NCBI GenBank assembly: GCA_038740615.1
Contig: JAVYLQ010000001.1
Span: 19,157 to 83,156 of the forward strand
Direction of reading: 5' to 3'
Source of the DNA: Candidatus Anstonellales archaeon
Lineage (GTDB): Archaea; Micrarchaeota; Micrarchaeia; Anstonellales; J096
DNA: 64,000 bases
The notes beneath the pieces were generated by a model, which saw only the letters and a list, made by a program, of their open reading frames with translations, did not search any database and had not been told where the DNA came from. Position numbers and translations under genes: made by a program. Position 1 is the stretch's first letter; every line of letters begins with the position of its first letter. Below, piece by piece: positions 24,240 through 33,078 of this stretch.

Positions 24240-25507
24240 TAAGTATAACCTATTAAGTCTTTGATAAGGATATTATTTACCCCGATAGATCTTGCCCTCT
24301 CAATTTTCTTTATAGCCTCTCCTTTCCAATCCATGTACAGAACGTCAAATCTCTCTATCAATTTTTGATAATCAGCAAATCCTTCAACATTACCCAAAGT
24401 TATGAACAGCATGTCATAAGGTCGAGTGTATCTATTGAATTCAAATCTGTCCCCTCTAAAACTCTGTTCTAGGATCACATAGAACAATCTCTCTAGACCC
24501 AGAGAGGCTTCTACTACATGTGGTGTAGGAAAAGATCCTTTTGAGAACTGTTTGTGTCTGGATAGATCATAATCAGTTCTATATGCATTACCTGCTATCT
24601 CCACAACTCCATAATCAGTAATCACCTCTACATCAAAATTACCTTTTGAGTAGTGCGGAACTTCGCTAGATTCTAATTCTCGAATCCACATCCTATTTGG
24701 ATCTAACCCTAGCTTCATGTAGAATTCCCATTCCATAGCTAAGAATGCTGCCATTATTTGATTGTCCATAACCTCTTCCATGAATTTCTCCACAGTGATT
24801 CTTTCAACTCTATCACTTCCCCTTCTACGTATATTAAACTCTCTCCCAGCATATATCTCAAAGTTCTTAAAAGAAGGGTTTTTGGGGTCGAAGAAGTACT
24901 CAACTTCCATCTGATTAAATTCTCTCAATCTCAACAACCCCTGTCTTGGACTAATCTCATTTCTAAAGCTCTTACCAACTTGAGCTATAGCCATGGGTAA
25001 TCTAGAATTATATTTATAGAATCGAGGGAAATCTACGAACATACCCTGAGCTGTCTCAGGTCTAAGGAAAGCAATCTGGTCACTGTTATAACCTATCTCT
25101 GTTCTAAACATTAGATTCACATACATAACCTCTGAAAACTCTCCTCCGTGCTCTGAGCGTAAATCTTTCAGGAGCTCATTGGCTCGATTCGGATCCCAAA
25201 CTCTACCTGCAGCTTCTACAATCTTATCCGCTCTATACACCATCCCAGTCTTTTTGCATCTAACTAACGGATCTGTAAAATTATCATAGTGGCCTGATGC
25301 CTTAAGTACTATCTCTGGCGTAATTAGAGCAGTATCTATCTCCATGAAGTTATGCCTTCTCACAAATATGTTCCTCCATAGATTGATAATTTTATTCTTG
25401 ATTCTCAAACCAACCTCTCCGTAGTTATAGAACCCTGCAGGATAGTTATAGATTTCATTTGATGGATAGATTATATTATGAGATTGGGCAAACTCTAACG
25501 CGTTCAT
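24176..25507 (-). CDS. glyS: Glycine-tRNA ligase (alpha2 type)
   Basis: ASGH, LRPETAQG, GKSFRNEISPRQGLLRLREF, HYS, RTDYDL. Confidence 0.96.
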   Translation of the reverse strand: MNALEFAQSHNIIYPSNEIYNYPAGFYNYGEVGLRIKNKIINLWRNIFVRRHNFMEIDTALITPEIVLKASGHYDNFTDPLVRCKKTGMVYRADKIVEAAGRVWDPNRANELLKDLRSEHGGEFSEVMYVNLMFRTEIGYNSDQIAFLRPETAQGMFVDFPRFYKYNSRLPMAIAQVGKSFRNEISPRQGLLRLREFNQMEVEYFFDPKNPSFKNFEIYAGREFNIRRRGSDRVERITVEKFMEEVMDNQIMAAFLAMEWEFYMKLGLDPNRMWIRELESSEVPHYSKGNFDVEVITDYGVVEIAGNAYRTDYDLSRHKQFSKGSFPTPHVVEASLGLERLFYVILEQSFRGDRFEFNRYTRPYDMLFITLGNVEGFADYQKLIERFDVLYMDWKGEAIKKIERARSIGVNNILIKDLIGYTYYDGSRNIRLRSFDDIFNIAP

Positions 25508-25543
25508 AGTGTTTTTAAATTGTAACAACATTTAAAATAGCCT

Positions 25544-25933
25544 ATGTTCAGAAAGATAGATAAGGATCCTAAGATATTAGAACTGAATATTGGTATTGAG
25601 ATGGATGATTATATTTTGGTCTCGGATTATGATTTGAGATTACTGTATGATTATGGTTTGTATTCAGAAAAACCGGATGTTGATGAAAATATATACAGAA
25701 CATACAGAGAGCTATATGAGAAGGCATACAACCCAGAGATATTTGTTTACGATAATTATACTTACATAAAAATAACCAAGCAGAAATATCTTCGACACAA
25801 ACCTAGGTATGAATACATAATTGCGTTTGATCTAGATCTGAACAGACATTTTAGAGCTGCAGTAGCTTCAAAACTCAAACTAATAGTATTGCACGATGGT
25901 AGATATTATATAATAACACCTTCATCTCTATAG
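25544..25933 (+). CDS. Putative non-catalytic (beta-type) tRNA-splicing endonuclease subunit
   Basis: IYRTYRELYEKAY and RAAVASKLKLIVL...YYII follow the EndA fold pattern; catalytic Tyr/His/Lys context not evident. Confidence 0.5.
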   Translation: MFRKIDKDPKILELNIGIEMDDYILVSDYDLRLLYDYGLYSEKPDVDENIYRTYRELYEKAYNPEIFVYDNYTYIKITKQKYLRHKPRYEYIIAFDLDLNRHFRAAVASKLKLIVLHDGRYYIITPSSL

Positions 25934-26533
25934 GAACAGCAATGCCGTCAGAGCACCCACAGAGGATCCAATCAGATTACTAGTTCCCTTGGTTCCTATT
26001 CCTCGCTCCTCAAAATGACCAGCAATTGAATCCGCAATATTACCCATAATACCTGCTAGAAATATGAATATAGATTGGTCGAGAGTTAGATTAAATGCTA
26101 ATATACCAAATAGAGCTATTATCATAGATCCAAACATTCCAGCTACAGTACCGTAGAGACTAATTGCACCACTCTTGCCAGGTATAGTCTTTTTGAACCC
26201 AATTATAGTATAAACCCTATTATCAAACACCCCTAATTCTGAAGAGAATTTATCAGAAGTTATTGCAGCTAATCCACCAAGATAACCCACAGGATTGTTT
26301 AATATAGCAAATACAGCTGGAACTAGACCATTAGATATAACATTAGATAATCCTCTAGTTCTCTCAAAGCTTCTGAGCTTTATCTTTTTAATAGCATTGA
26401 ATAGAGTTATATAATTACTTACTGTTAGAAACAGAACGAATCCTAAAATGTATTCCAAACGGTTTGTAAAATAATATATAAGAGAGGCTAGAACAATCGC
26501 AGCTACTATTCCTTTGGAATCAAGACCTACCAT
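25928..26533 (-). CDS. DUF92 family membrane protein
   Basis: RGLSNVISNG, SDKFSSELG, PGKSGAISLYG, DSIAG. Confidence 0.85.
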   Translation of the reverse strand: MVGLDSKGIVAAIVLASLIYYFTNRLEYILGFVLFLTVSNYITLFNAIKKIKLRSFERTRGLSNVISNGLVPAVFAILNNPVGYLGGLAAITSDKFSSELGVFDNRVYTIIGFKKTIPGKSGAISLYGTVAGMFGSMIIALFGILAFNLTLDQSIFIFLAGIMGNIADSIAGHFEERGIGTKGTSNLIGSSVGALTALLFL

Positions 26534-26548
26534 GTAACATTTTGTAAT

Positions 26549-27142
26549 CTATCTAGCTGATTGTGCAACTCTCTCTATTTCATCTTTCTTCTTAAGTGCA
26601 TAGCTATTTGTAAGATCATTCTTTGCAGCTAATATTATCTCATCAGCCAGTACTTCATGAATTGGTCTTTTATTACTCCAGTGCTTGAGTATAGATGCAA
26701 GAACGATATTTCTTAGAGCCACATCTACTCTTCTTATAGATGAGATATCTACAGCTACCTGATACCTAACTCCAGCAATCTCCACTTTTGTTATATCTTC
26801 TCTTGGTGCAGCATTTTCTATAGCTCTTACTAAAACCTCTACTGGATTAGTCTTTTCTCTCTTCTCTATCTCCTCCAATGCTCTGTAGATTATATTCAGA
26901 ACTGTGTACTTCTTACCTTGCAATCTACCATGAGTCCTGATCACCTTACCGCTCACTTTCTCTCCAGTCCCTCCTCTCATGAGCTTGTTTGCCAATCTCT
27001 CTATGATATTGACCTTTATCTTTCCCATGTATCTATTTGCATGTTTACCATGGGTATGTGGGAATACATCTCTAAGATCTATAACATCTTTTAAGCTCCT
27101 ATCTCTAACTTCCACATCTAAACTCCATCTACCAAATAGCAT
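26549..27142 (-). CDS. rps7: 30S ribosomal protein S7
   Basis: PHTHG, IIERLANKLM, AIENAAPRE, ERVAQSAR. Confidence 0.97.
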   Translation of the reverse strand: MLFGRWSLDVEVRDRSLKDVIDLRDVFPHTHGKHANRYMGKIKVNIIERLANKLMRGGTGEKVSGKVIRTHGRLQGKKYTVLNIIYRALEEIEKREKTNPVEVLVRAIENAAPREDITKVEIAGVRYQVAVDISSIRRVDVALRNIVLASILKHWSNKRPIHEVLADEIILAAKNDLTNSYALKKKDEIERVAQSAR

Positions 27143-27571
27143 TTACCTCTTCACCTTCCCCTTTCTCAACATCTGCAAATCCAAACCAGCTACAGCAACA
27201 ATCTTATATTTAATACCAGGTATAGATCCTATAGGTCCTCCCTGTGATCCCCCTATACCTGCTACCAGAACTTCATCGTGCTCTTTAATAAATGTAATTG
27301 CCTTGTCTCTAGGTGCATGTGCTGTAATCACCTTTCCATTTTTCTTGAGCTGAACTTTCACTGCTTTTATCAGACCTGAGTGTGGCTGCCTCTGCTCTAC
27401 TACTACTTTCTGCAATACAATACCCGAAGCCATAGGAGCTTTACCAAGAGGATCATGCTTCTCCTTAAGCCTCAATACTCTCCTCACATATTTAGGATCC
27501 AACCATCTATATTTTTTCCTTTTCTTCAGTAGATTTCTACCTGCAAATTCACCATTTGCTCCTTTACCCAT
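27143..27571 (-). CDS. rps12: 30S ribosomal protein S12
   Basis: [29 protein letters not shown]. Confidence 0.97.
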   Translation of the reverse strand: MGKGANGEFAGRNLLKKRKKYRWLDPKYVRRVLRLKEKHDPLGKAPMASGIVLQKVVVEQRQPHSGLIKAVKVQLKKNGKVITAHAPRDKAITFIKEHDEVLVAGIGGSQGGPIGSIPGIKYKIVAVAGLDLQMLRKGKVKR

Positions 27572-27695
27572 ATGATTATCACCTTCAAATTCTATATATG
27601 AGATACATTTAAATATTTAATATGTTCCTAATCAGGTCATAATATAAACACTGATTTGATAGCGTATTAGAACGGGGGCAGATAGTAAACAGTAA

Positions 27696-28583
27696 CTATT
27701 TACTCACAGAATCAGAACTATCATAATCGATATATGGTACGAAACACTTTATAGCCTGTTTGAATTCTGTGAGTTCCAATCCATAGGATAGAGCTTTAGT
27801 GATGTTAAAAGATCTGGAGAGAGTTATTGGATATATCTCCTCTTTTCTAGAATAGATATATTCCATTGTATAGCCGAGAATAGTAGAAATTATTGGAACT
27901 TTTAATCTAGCTCTAAATAATTCTCTAACGGGCCTAGGGTTCATTTGAATGCCTAACACCTCTGATACATCTCTAATAATCTGCATAAACTCTATTCCTG
28001 GAGAGGTTAGATTGATCACATCAGAATTATTAAATTCTAGATTTTTAGAGATAAATTTGGCTACGTCTCTTGCATAGATAAATGGAACAGTATTCTTCCC
28101 ATCTCCAAAATAGAAAGGTCCGTGCCTCTTCCAAGCTCTTAACATATCCAAATACTGCTCATAATATTCCCCGAAAACAGTCCCAATTCTTAATATCTTT
28201 GCTCTTTTAGATGATTGTATCACTATTCTCTCAGCAGCTAATTTTGAAGCCCCGTAAGCGTCATTAGGCCGTGTTGGACTAGATTCATCAAATCCACTAA
28301 AATTTCTACGTCCGTATACTGCAATTGATGATAGGAATATTATTCTATCGCTGTTCAATCCTTGTAATATCTCATCTACAATCTTATAATTTACTCTCCA
28401 AATATCATCAGCACTGCCTTTAGTTATACCGATCGCAATTATCACAACATCATATCCCTTTACCTTATTTGCTATGCTTTCCCTATCATAATTTATATTC
28501 TGTCTGGAGTAGGGATCATATGGGATGAATTCAGATATATATCTTGCAATTCTAGAGTTGGCACCTATAAGAGCTATTTTCAT
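27696..28583 (-). CDS. NAD-dependent epimerase/dehydratase (extended SDR)
   Basis: IGANSRIA, SSIAVYG, YGASK. Confidence 0.85.
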   Translation of the reverse strand: MKIALIGANSRIARYISEFIPYDPYSRQNINYDRESIANKVKGYDVVIIAIGITKGSADDIWRVNYKIVDEILQGLNSDRIIFLSSIAVYGRRNFSGFDESSPTRPNDAYGASKLAAERIVIQSSKRAKILRIGTVFGEYYEQYLDMLRAWKRHGPFYFGDGKNTVPFIYARDVAKFISKNLEFNNSDVINLTSPGIEFMQIIRDVSEVLGIQMNPRPVRELFRARLKVPIISTILGYTMEYIYSRKEEIYPITLSRSFNITKALSYGLELTEFKQAIKCFVPYIDYDSSDSVSK

Positions 28584-28637
28584 ACATCTCTTCTATTAGA
28601 ATCTGTAGAATATTTAAAATTATCCATGTAAATAGTT

Positions 28638-30245
28638 ATGATGAAATCGAAATTAAAGTATGGCAAGAGCAGCAATCTGAGTAGAGCAATAAGAATTGAT
28701 TATGATAGTACCCAAGACATCTGTGATTATTCTGATAGCCAAGGGATCAGAGAGAGATTAATTAGAAAATTTCTGGAGAGATTCAAGAAAGACTTGGAGA
28801 GAGGTAAATACGAACGGGTCATATCGAATTGGCCTCTACCAATACAAATAGAACCGAACAAACATAACGCAAGAGAGATTTTAGATTTAATATACAGCGA
28901 TATAACTCGAATTTATGAGTCTTTATCTTCATTAGAGCAAATACATACGATCAGGAAGATTAAGACAAGTTCAGATAGATTGAGTAAGCTAATAGAGATC
29001 CTTAGAGCTACTAAATACGATAAACTAACTGAGTATTCTGTACTATTGATAGAAGGTTTGAAAGTAGTCAGTAAAGAACGTTTTGGGGAGCAGATGGCAA
29101 ATATTCTTAATCATATTATATATGATAGTGATAGTAGTTGGGATAGAGCGGATTATAAGTTGAGTAATGATAAATTAAGATATGTTAAAGCTGCCCTCTC
29201 AATAGCTGGGATTGTGTTTGCTCTAGAGTATTCTAAGAGAAAAAATGAGTCTAGGAAAAAGTGGGATAATGTTGCTAGATTCTTCATTGAATTCTATAAG
29301 GAGCTCGAGTACGATGGTGTTGTGGATGTTATCGAAGAAGTATACTTTATGGATAGAGAGCAATTTAACAGAATTTATGAAGAATTAAAATGTAAAAAGT
29401 TCCAAGAGATACGAGATGTGTTAAAAAATTTAGAGAATGTAGAGGGAGTAGAATCTAGATTGAAAAGTAAATACAGTACCTATATGAAGCTTAAGAATAA
29501 GTATAAATTAGATCCGGATAATCAGAAACTGGATCTAAATACTGTAAAGGAGAAATTAAATGATGTGAATGGATTCAGAATCATACTGAAAGATCCTAAT
29601 AATTTCACAAAAACTCTAGCTCTTCTACTACATAAGATATCGGAGGTAATAAGAGATATTAAGATGATAGAGTTGGAGTTCTATAATTGTGAAGACCGAT
29701 TGGAGCAGATGAAACGGGATTTAAAAAAACCCCCCAATAGTCTTATAGAGGAGCTAAACGAACATATAAAAAATAATAATACTAAGATGGAATCCAGGAA
29801 GAAAGATAATAACTATAGGGCAATTCATGTACTGTTTGCTACCCCAGAAAATGTTAAAATAGAAGTACATGTGATTGAAAGCAGAGAAATCTATGAGAGA
29901 AACAAATACTCTCAATCATCCGCACATATTATTTACAAGAACAGAGATTTGCAAGATGTGGTTGACAAACTTAGATCCACTTTACTACAGCTATTATCTC
30001 TAAATCAAATTATGCTAAAAGATGGAAATGAGGAAATAGAGTTGTCACCGGCTGATATCAAATCTTATGGTGATAAGCAGATCATATGGCAGAGTGGTGC
30101 AAATGATCGTGTGATATTGCTATTTGGAGATAGTCTAAGTTATATGAAAGTCCTAAGTCCTAAAGTAGAAACGCCAATATCCATAAATGTTAAAATAGAC
30201 AAATATACTAATAAGATGGTGGCTAAAGTTGAATCAGATAATTGA
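28638..30245 (+). CDS. RelA/SpoT-like protein (degenerate HD domain, nucleotide pyrophosphokinase domain, possible TGS remnant)
   Basis: SRLKSKYSTYMKL, NDVNGFRII, KDNNYRAIH, KIEVHV, AHIIYK in RSH synthetase order. Confidence 0.72.
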   Translation: MMKSKLKYGKSSNLSRAIRIDYDSTQDICDYSDSQGIRERLIRKFLERFKKDLERGKYERVISNWPLPIQIEPNKHNAREILDLIYSDITRIYESLSSLEQIHTIRKIKTSSDRLSKLIEILRATKYDKLTEYSVLLIEGLKVVSKERFGEQMANILNHIIYDSDSSWDRADYKLSNDKLRYVKAALSIAGIVFALEYSKRKNESRKKWDNVARFFIEFYKELEYDGVVDVIEEVYFMDREQFNRIYEELKCKKFQEIRDVLKNLENVEGVESRLKSKYSTYMKLKNKYKLDPDNQKLDLNTVKEKLNDVNGFRIILKDPNNFTKTLALLLHKISEVIRDIKMIELEFYNCEDRLEQMKRDLKKPPNSLIEELNEHIKNNNTKMESRKKDNNYRAIHVLFATPENVKIEVHVIESREIYERNKYSQSSAHIIYKNRDLQDVVDKLRSTLLQLLSLNQIMLKDGNEEIELSPADIKSYGDKQIIWQSGANDRVILLFGDSLSYMKVLSPKVETPISINVKIDKYTNKMVAKVESDN

Positions 30246-30921
30246 TTATATTGCTAGTGTTGGTATAGATGGAGCCAGATGGATAGAGGAGAATGTTGAT
30301 AAACAATACCAGTCATTACTAGAACTATCAGAATATCTACCCACTGATAGATTCCTTACGTTGATTGTAAAAAATGCACTGATTGCATTCCAACTCACTT
30401 CTAAAGGTGAACACTATTGGCAGGAGTTTAGCGAATACTTCATAAGTAATCCTGATAAAGATATAGTAGATTTTTTGAGAACGAGTAAGGGAAATAGATT
30501 GTATCACAATATGAAAATTAATAGATTGAAAAGAATAGAGAATTCTGTTTTTGGAATAGAGTACTACTGGGATATGAATAAACTAAGAAGAGAACTGGAA
30601 TTAAAGTTGAATAGTACTGGTAAGACAATATTCTTTGCTGTGAAAATGTACGGATATGGAGCTAGAATAGTTTCAAAACAATTCATACCGTATCCAACAT
30701 CCATCCCCATACCTGTTGATTCTAGAGTAAGGAAAATAACAGAAAGGATTGGAGGATCCGACCCAGAGAAGTTCTGGCAAGAGGTATCTCACCAAACAGG
30801 AGTACCACCACTACACATAGATTCTATAATCTGGCCTTTACTATCCGGAGATAGGGAAATACTAGATAGGTATAGATCTAGATTTAGTATACCTAAGTTT
30901 TTATCCTCTTTAATAGATTGA
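30229..30921 (+). CDS. N-glycosylase/DNA lyase (AGOG family 8-oxoG glycosylase)
   Basis: FQLTSKGEHYW, KTIFFAVKM, IPIPVDSR, PPLHIDSIIW. Confidence 0.9.
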   Translation: MNQIIDYIASVGIDGARWIEENVDKQYQSLLELSEYLPTDRFLTLIVKNALIAFQLTSKGEHYWQEFSEYFISNPDKDIVDFLRTSKGNRLYHNMKINRLKRIENSVFGIEYYWDMNKLRRELELKLNSTGKTIFFAVKMYGYGARIVSKQFIPYPTSIPIPVDSRVRKITERIGGSDPEKFWQEVSHQTGVPPLHIDSIIWPLLSGDREILDRYRSRFSIPKFLSSLID

Positions 30922-32080
30922 TAATACTCTTATCATTCTTTATTTTATTAAATGCTCTCTTTGCTTCAAAGAACTTGTTCAACATATTTCTTACCTCTAA
31001 TTCGTTAAGACCCGCTCCCTTAGCGATTCTTCTAATTCTGGAATCAGATGATTTTATTATTTCAGGTTTTCTACGCTCTTCTGGAGTCATAGAATCTATC
31101 ATAGCCCTAAACTTTCTCATCATATCCTGCATTTTCATTGATTGTTCTACATTTACATTTATTCCGAATCCGCTCAATATATCCTCTATATTCCTACCTC
31201 GCATTTGCTCTAGCTGCTTCAAATAAGTCTCGAAATTAAATTCCAAAGATTCGTCCAAATCATCTAAAACCTCTTTCAACTGGCTAGGATTTATAAATCC
31301 CAACATCTTTGTTAGTAGATCATCCGGATTGTAAGGGCTTATGTTATCTATTTTCTCCCCGTGTCCTACAAATACTATTGGAATTTTCAGATTTCTAACA
31401 GCAATAAATGCTCCCCCTGCCTTACCTGATCCATCTATCTTAGTGATTATAGCCCCGGTTATTCCCAATTCCTTGAAGCTCTCTGCCAATTTCTCCGCAT
31501 ATTTACCTGTATCCGCACCTATAACCAACCACACATCATCAGGTGAAACCCTTTCCCTTATAGATTTTAGCTTATCTATATATCTCTGTTCTTCACCAGA
31601 TTTGCCAGGAGTATCGATGATCCACATTTCGTTTGGTTTTGGATTGTAGACTTCAGAATAATCTCTAACTAGCTGTTTCAATTGTTCTTTACCAGCTGGT
31701 CGCTCATCATCAAAAGATACAACTCTGGTAGGAAGCCCTCTAGTAGAGAAATATTTCCAGAGCTTTGCGGCAGTAGTAGTCTTCCCCGATCCATACAATC
31801 CAACCAACATTATTTTCCTAGGTCTAAAATCTGGTTGATAAGGTTCACCTAATACTTCCTTTAGAATATTATAAAGAGAGCGGATTATATATTGCTTGCT
31901 TGGAAACTTATCCTTAGAGATATCTGATTTAAGTCTGTTTGTAATTTCAAAGACCACTTTTGGAGGGATATCTGCTAGCAACATTGATTTCTGTATCTCT
32001 AGAATAAATTCTCCTATTGCCGTTTGATCTAAAATGGGCTTTCCTAGGAATTTCTCTATAATGGGTCTTAGTGATATCAT
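30893..32080 (-). CDS. srp54: Signal recognition particle protein SRP54 (divergent)
   Basis: GLYGSGKTTT, TKIDGSGKAGG, M domain with IDSMTPEER and SRIRRIAKGAG. Confidence 0.9.
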   Translation of the reverse strand: MISLRPIIEKFLGKPILDQTAIGEFILEIQKSMLLADIPPKVVFEITNRLKSDISKDKFPSKQYIIRSLYNILKEVLGEPYQPDFRPRKIMLVGLYGSGKTTTAAKLWKYFSTRGLPTRVVSFDDERPAGKEQLKQLVRDYSEVYNPKPNEMWIIDTPGKSGEEQRYIDKLKSIRERVSPDDVWLVIGADTGKYAEKLAESFKELGITGAIITKIDGSGKAGGAFIAVRNLKIPIVFVGHGEKIDNISPYNPDDLLTKMLGFINPSQLKEVLDDLDESLEFNFETYLKQLEQMRGRNIEDILSGFGINVNVEQSMKMQDMMRKFRAMIDSMTPEERRKPEIIKSSDSRIRRIAKGAGLNELEVRNMLNKFFEAKRAFNKIKNDKSIINLLKRIKT

Positions 32081-33024
32081 CCTTCGTCTCCTAACAATTG
32101 AGGGGATTTAACACCTACAGAAAACATTATTACCTGAATCGTGTCTTTTAGGTCCTCTTTAATCCTAACCCCCATCTTAACCTCGCCCATCTCCACAATT
32201 CCTCGAGTCAGACTATTTGCCACCTCACTAACCTCACCTAGTTGTACATCTGGGGAGATAGTTAGGTGTATTATAGCACCTTTAGCACCTTCATAGTCTA
32301 TATTTAGTAATGGATGAGATAATGTTGATTCTATTGCCTTTTTAACTCTATCAGTACCAGAACCCTGACCAATAGATATCATTATTAATCCTCCTTTAGA
32401 GAGTAAGGCTCGCATATCTGCTAAATCTACATTTATTAGAGATACCTCAGATAATACACTTACCAATCCATCTACAGCATTTATCACAACGTTATCTACC
32501 ATTTCAAAAGCCTTACTTATAGATAGATTAGGGAAGTATTCCATAAGTTTGTTATTGTCTATCAATACTAATGTATTAACGTATTGCATAAATCTCTGTA
32601 TCCCTTCTGATGCTGTTTTCAGCCTAGCTCTTTCAAATCTGAATGGATAGGTTGCTACACCTATTATAACTGCATATGGCATATTATCCCTTAATAGTTT
32701 TGCTAATGCTGGCGCTCCTCCTGTACCAGTACCACCCCCCATACCAGCTACTATGAATATGAAATCTGGATCTTGGATTAGATCTAAGATCTTATCCTTA
32801 GCCAGTAATATAGCTCTCTCGCCTATCTCAGGCCTACCTCCTGAACCATGGCCTAACATAGGAGTCTGAAGCAGTATTTTATGATCAGCTAGTGCACCAA
32901 CCAAGCTGTTATATGTAGATCCAAGAACGATAGTTTTGACAACATTAGAATTAATCCCTCTGAGTTTCATTCTTGAGATTATATTTAAACCCGCATCACC
33001 AATTCCAATAACATATATTCTCAT
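32077..33024 (-). CDS. ftsZ: Cell division protein FtsZ
   Basis: AGMGGGTGTG signature, PFRFE, IDNNKL, INVDLAD T7 loop. Confidence 0.93.
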   Translation of the reverse strand: MRIYVIGIGDAGLNIISRMKLRGINSNVVKTIVLGSTYNSLVGALADHKILLQTPMLGHGSGGRPEIGERAILLAKDKILDLIQDPDFIFIVAGMGGGTGTGGAPALAKLLRDNMPYAVIIGVATYPFRFERARLKTASEGIQRFMQYVNTLVLIDNNKLMEYFPNLSISKAFEMVDNVVINAVDGLVSVLSEVSLINVDLADMRALLSKGGLIMISIGQGSGTDRVKKAIESTLSHPLLNIDYEGAKGAIIHLTISPDVQLGEVSEVANSLTRGIVEMGEVKMGVRIKEDLKDTIQVIMFSVGVKSPQLLGDEG

Positions 33025-33078
33025 AGCACTTTATATTAGCTGAACATCATATTTAAATTTATCTATCAAATCTAAAAC

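Noticed and set aside
27572..27695. 124-nt intergenic stretch with a short G-rich patch upstream of rps12
   Set aside because: No convincing stem, C/D boxes or ORF; explained by a promoter, an SD and spacer.
28638..28680. ATGATGA...CTGA resembling a C/D box sRNA at the start of the RSH-like gene
   Set aside because: Only 43 nt, no clear D'/C' boxes, and ATGATGA is simply the Met-Met-Lys start. The 8-nt complementarity to the 5S 3' end could be chance.
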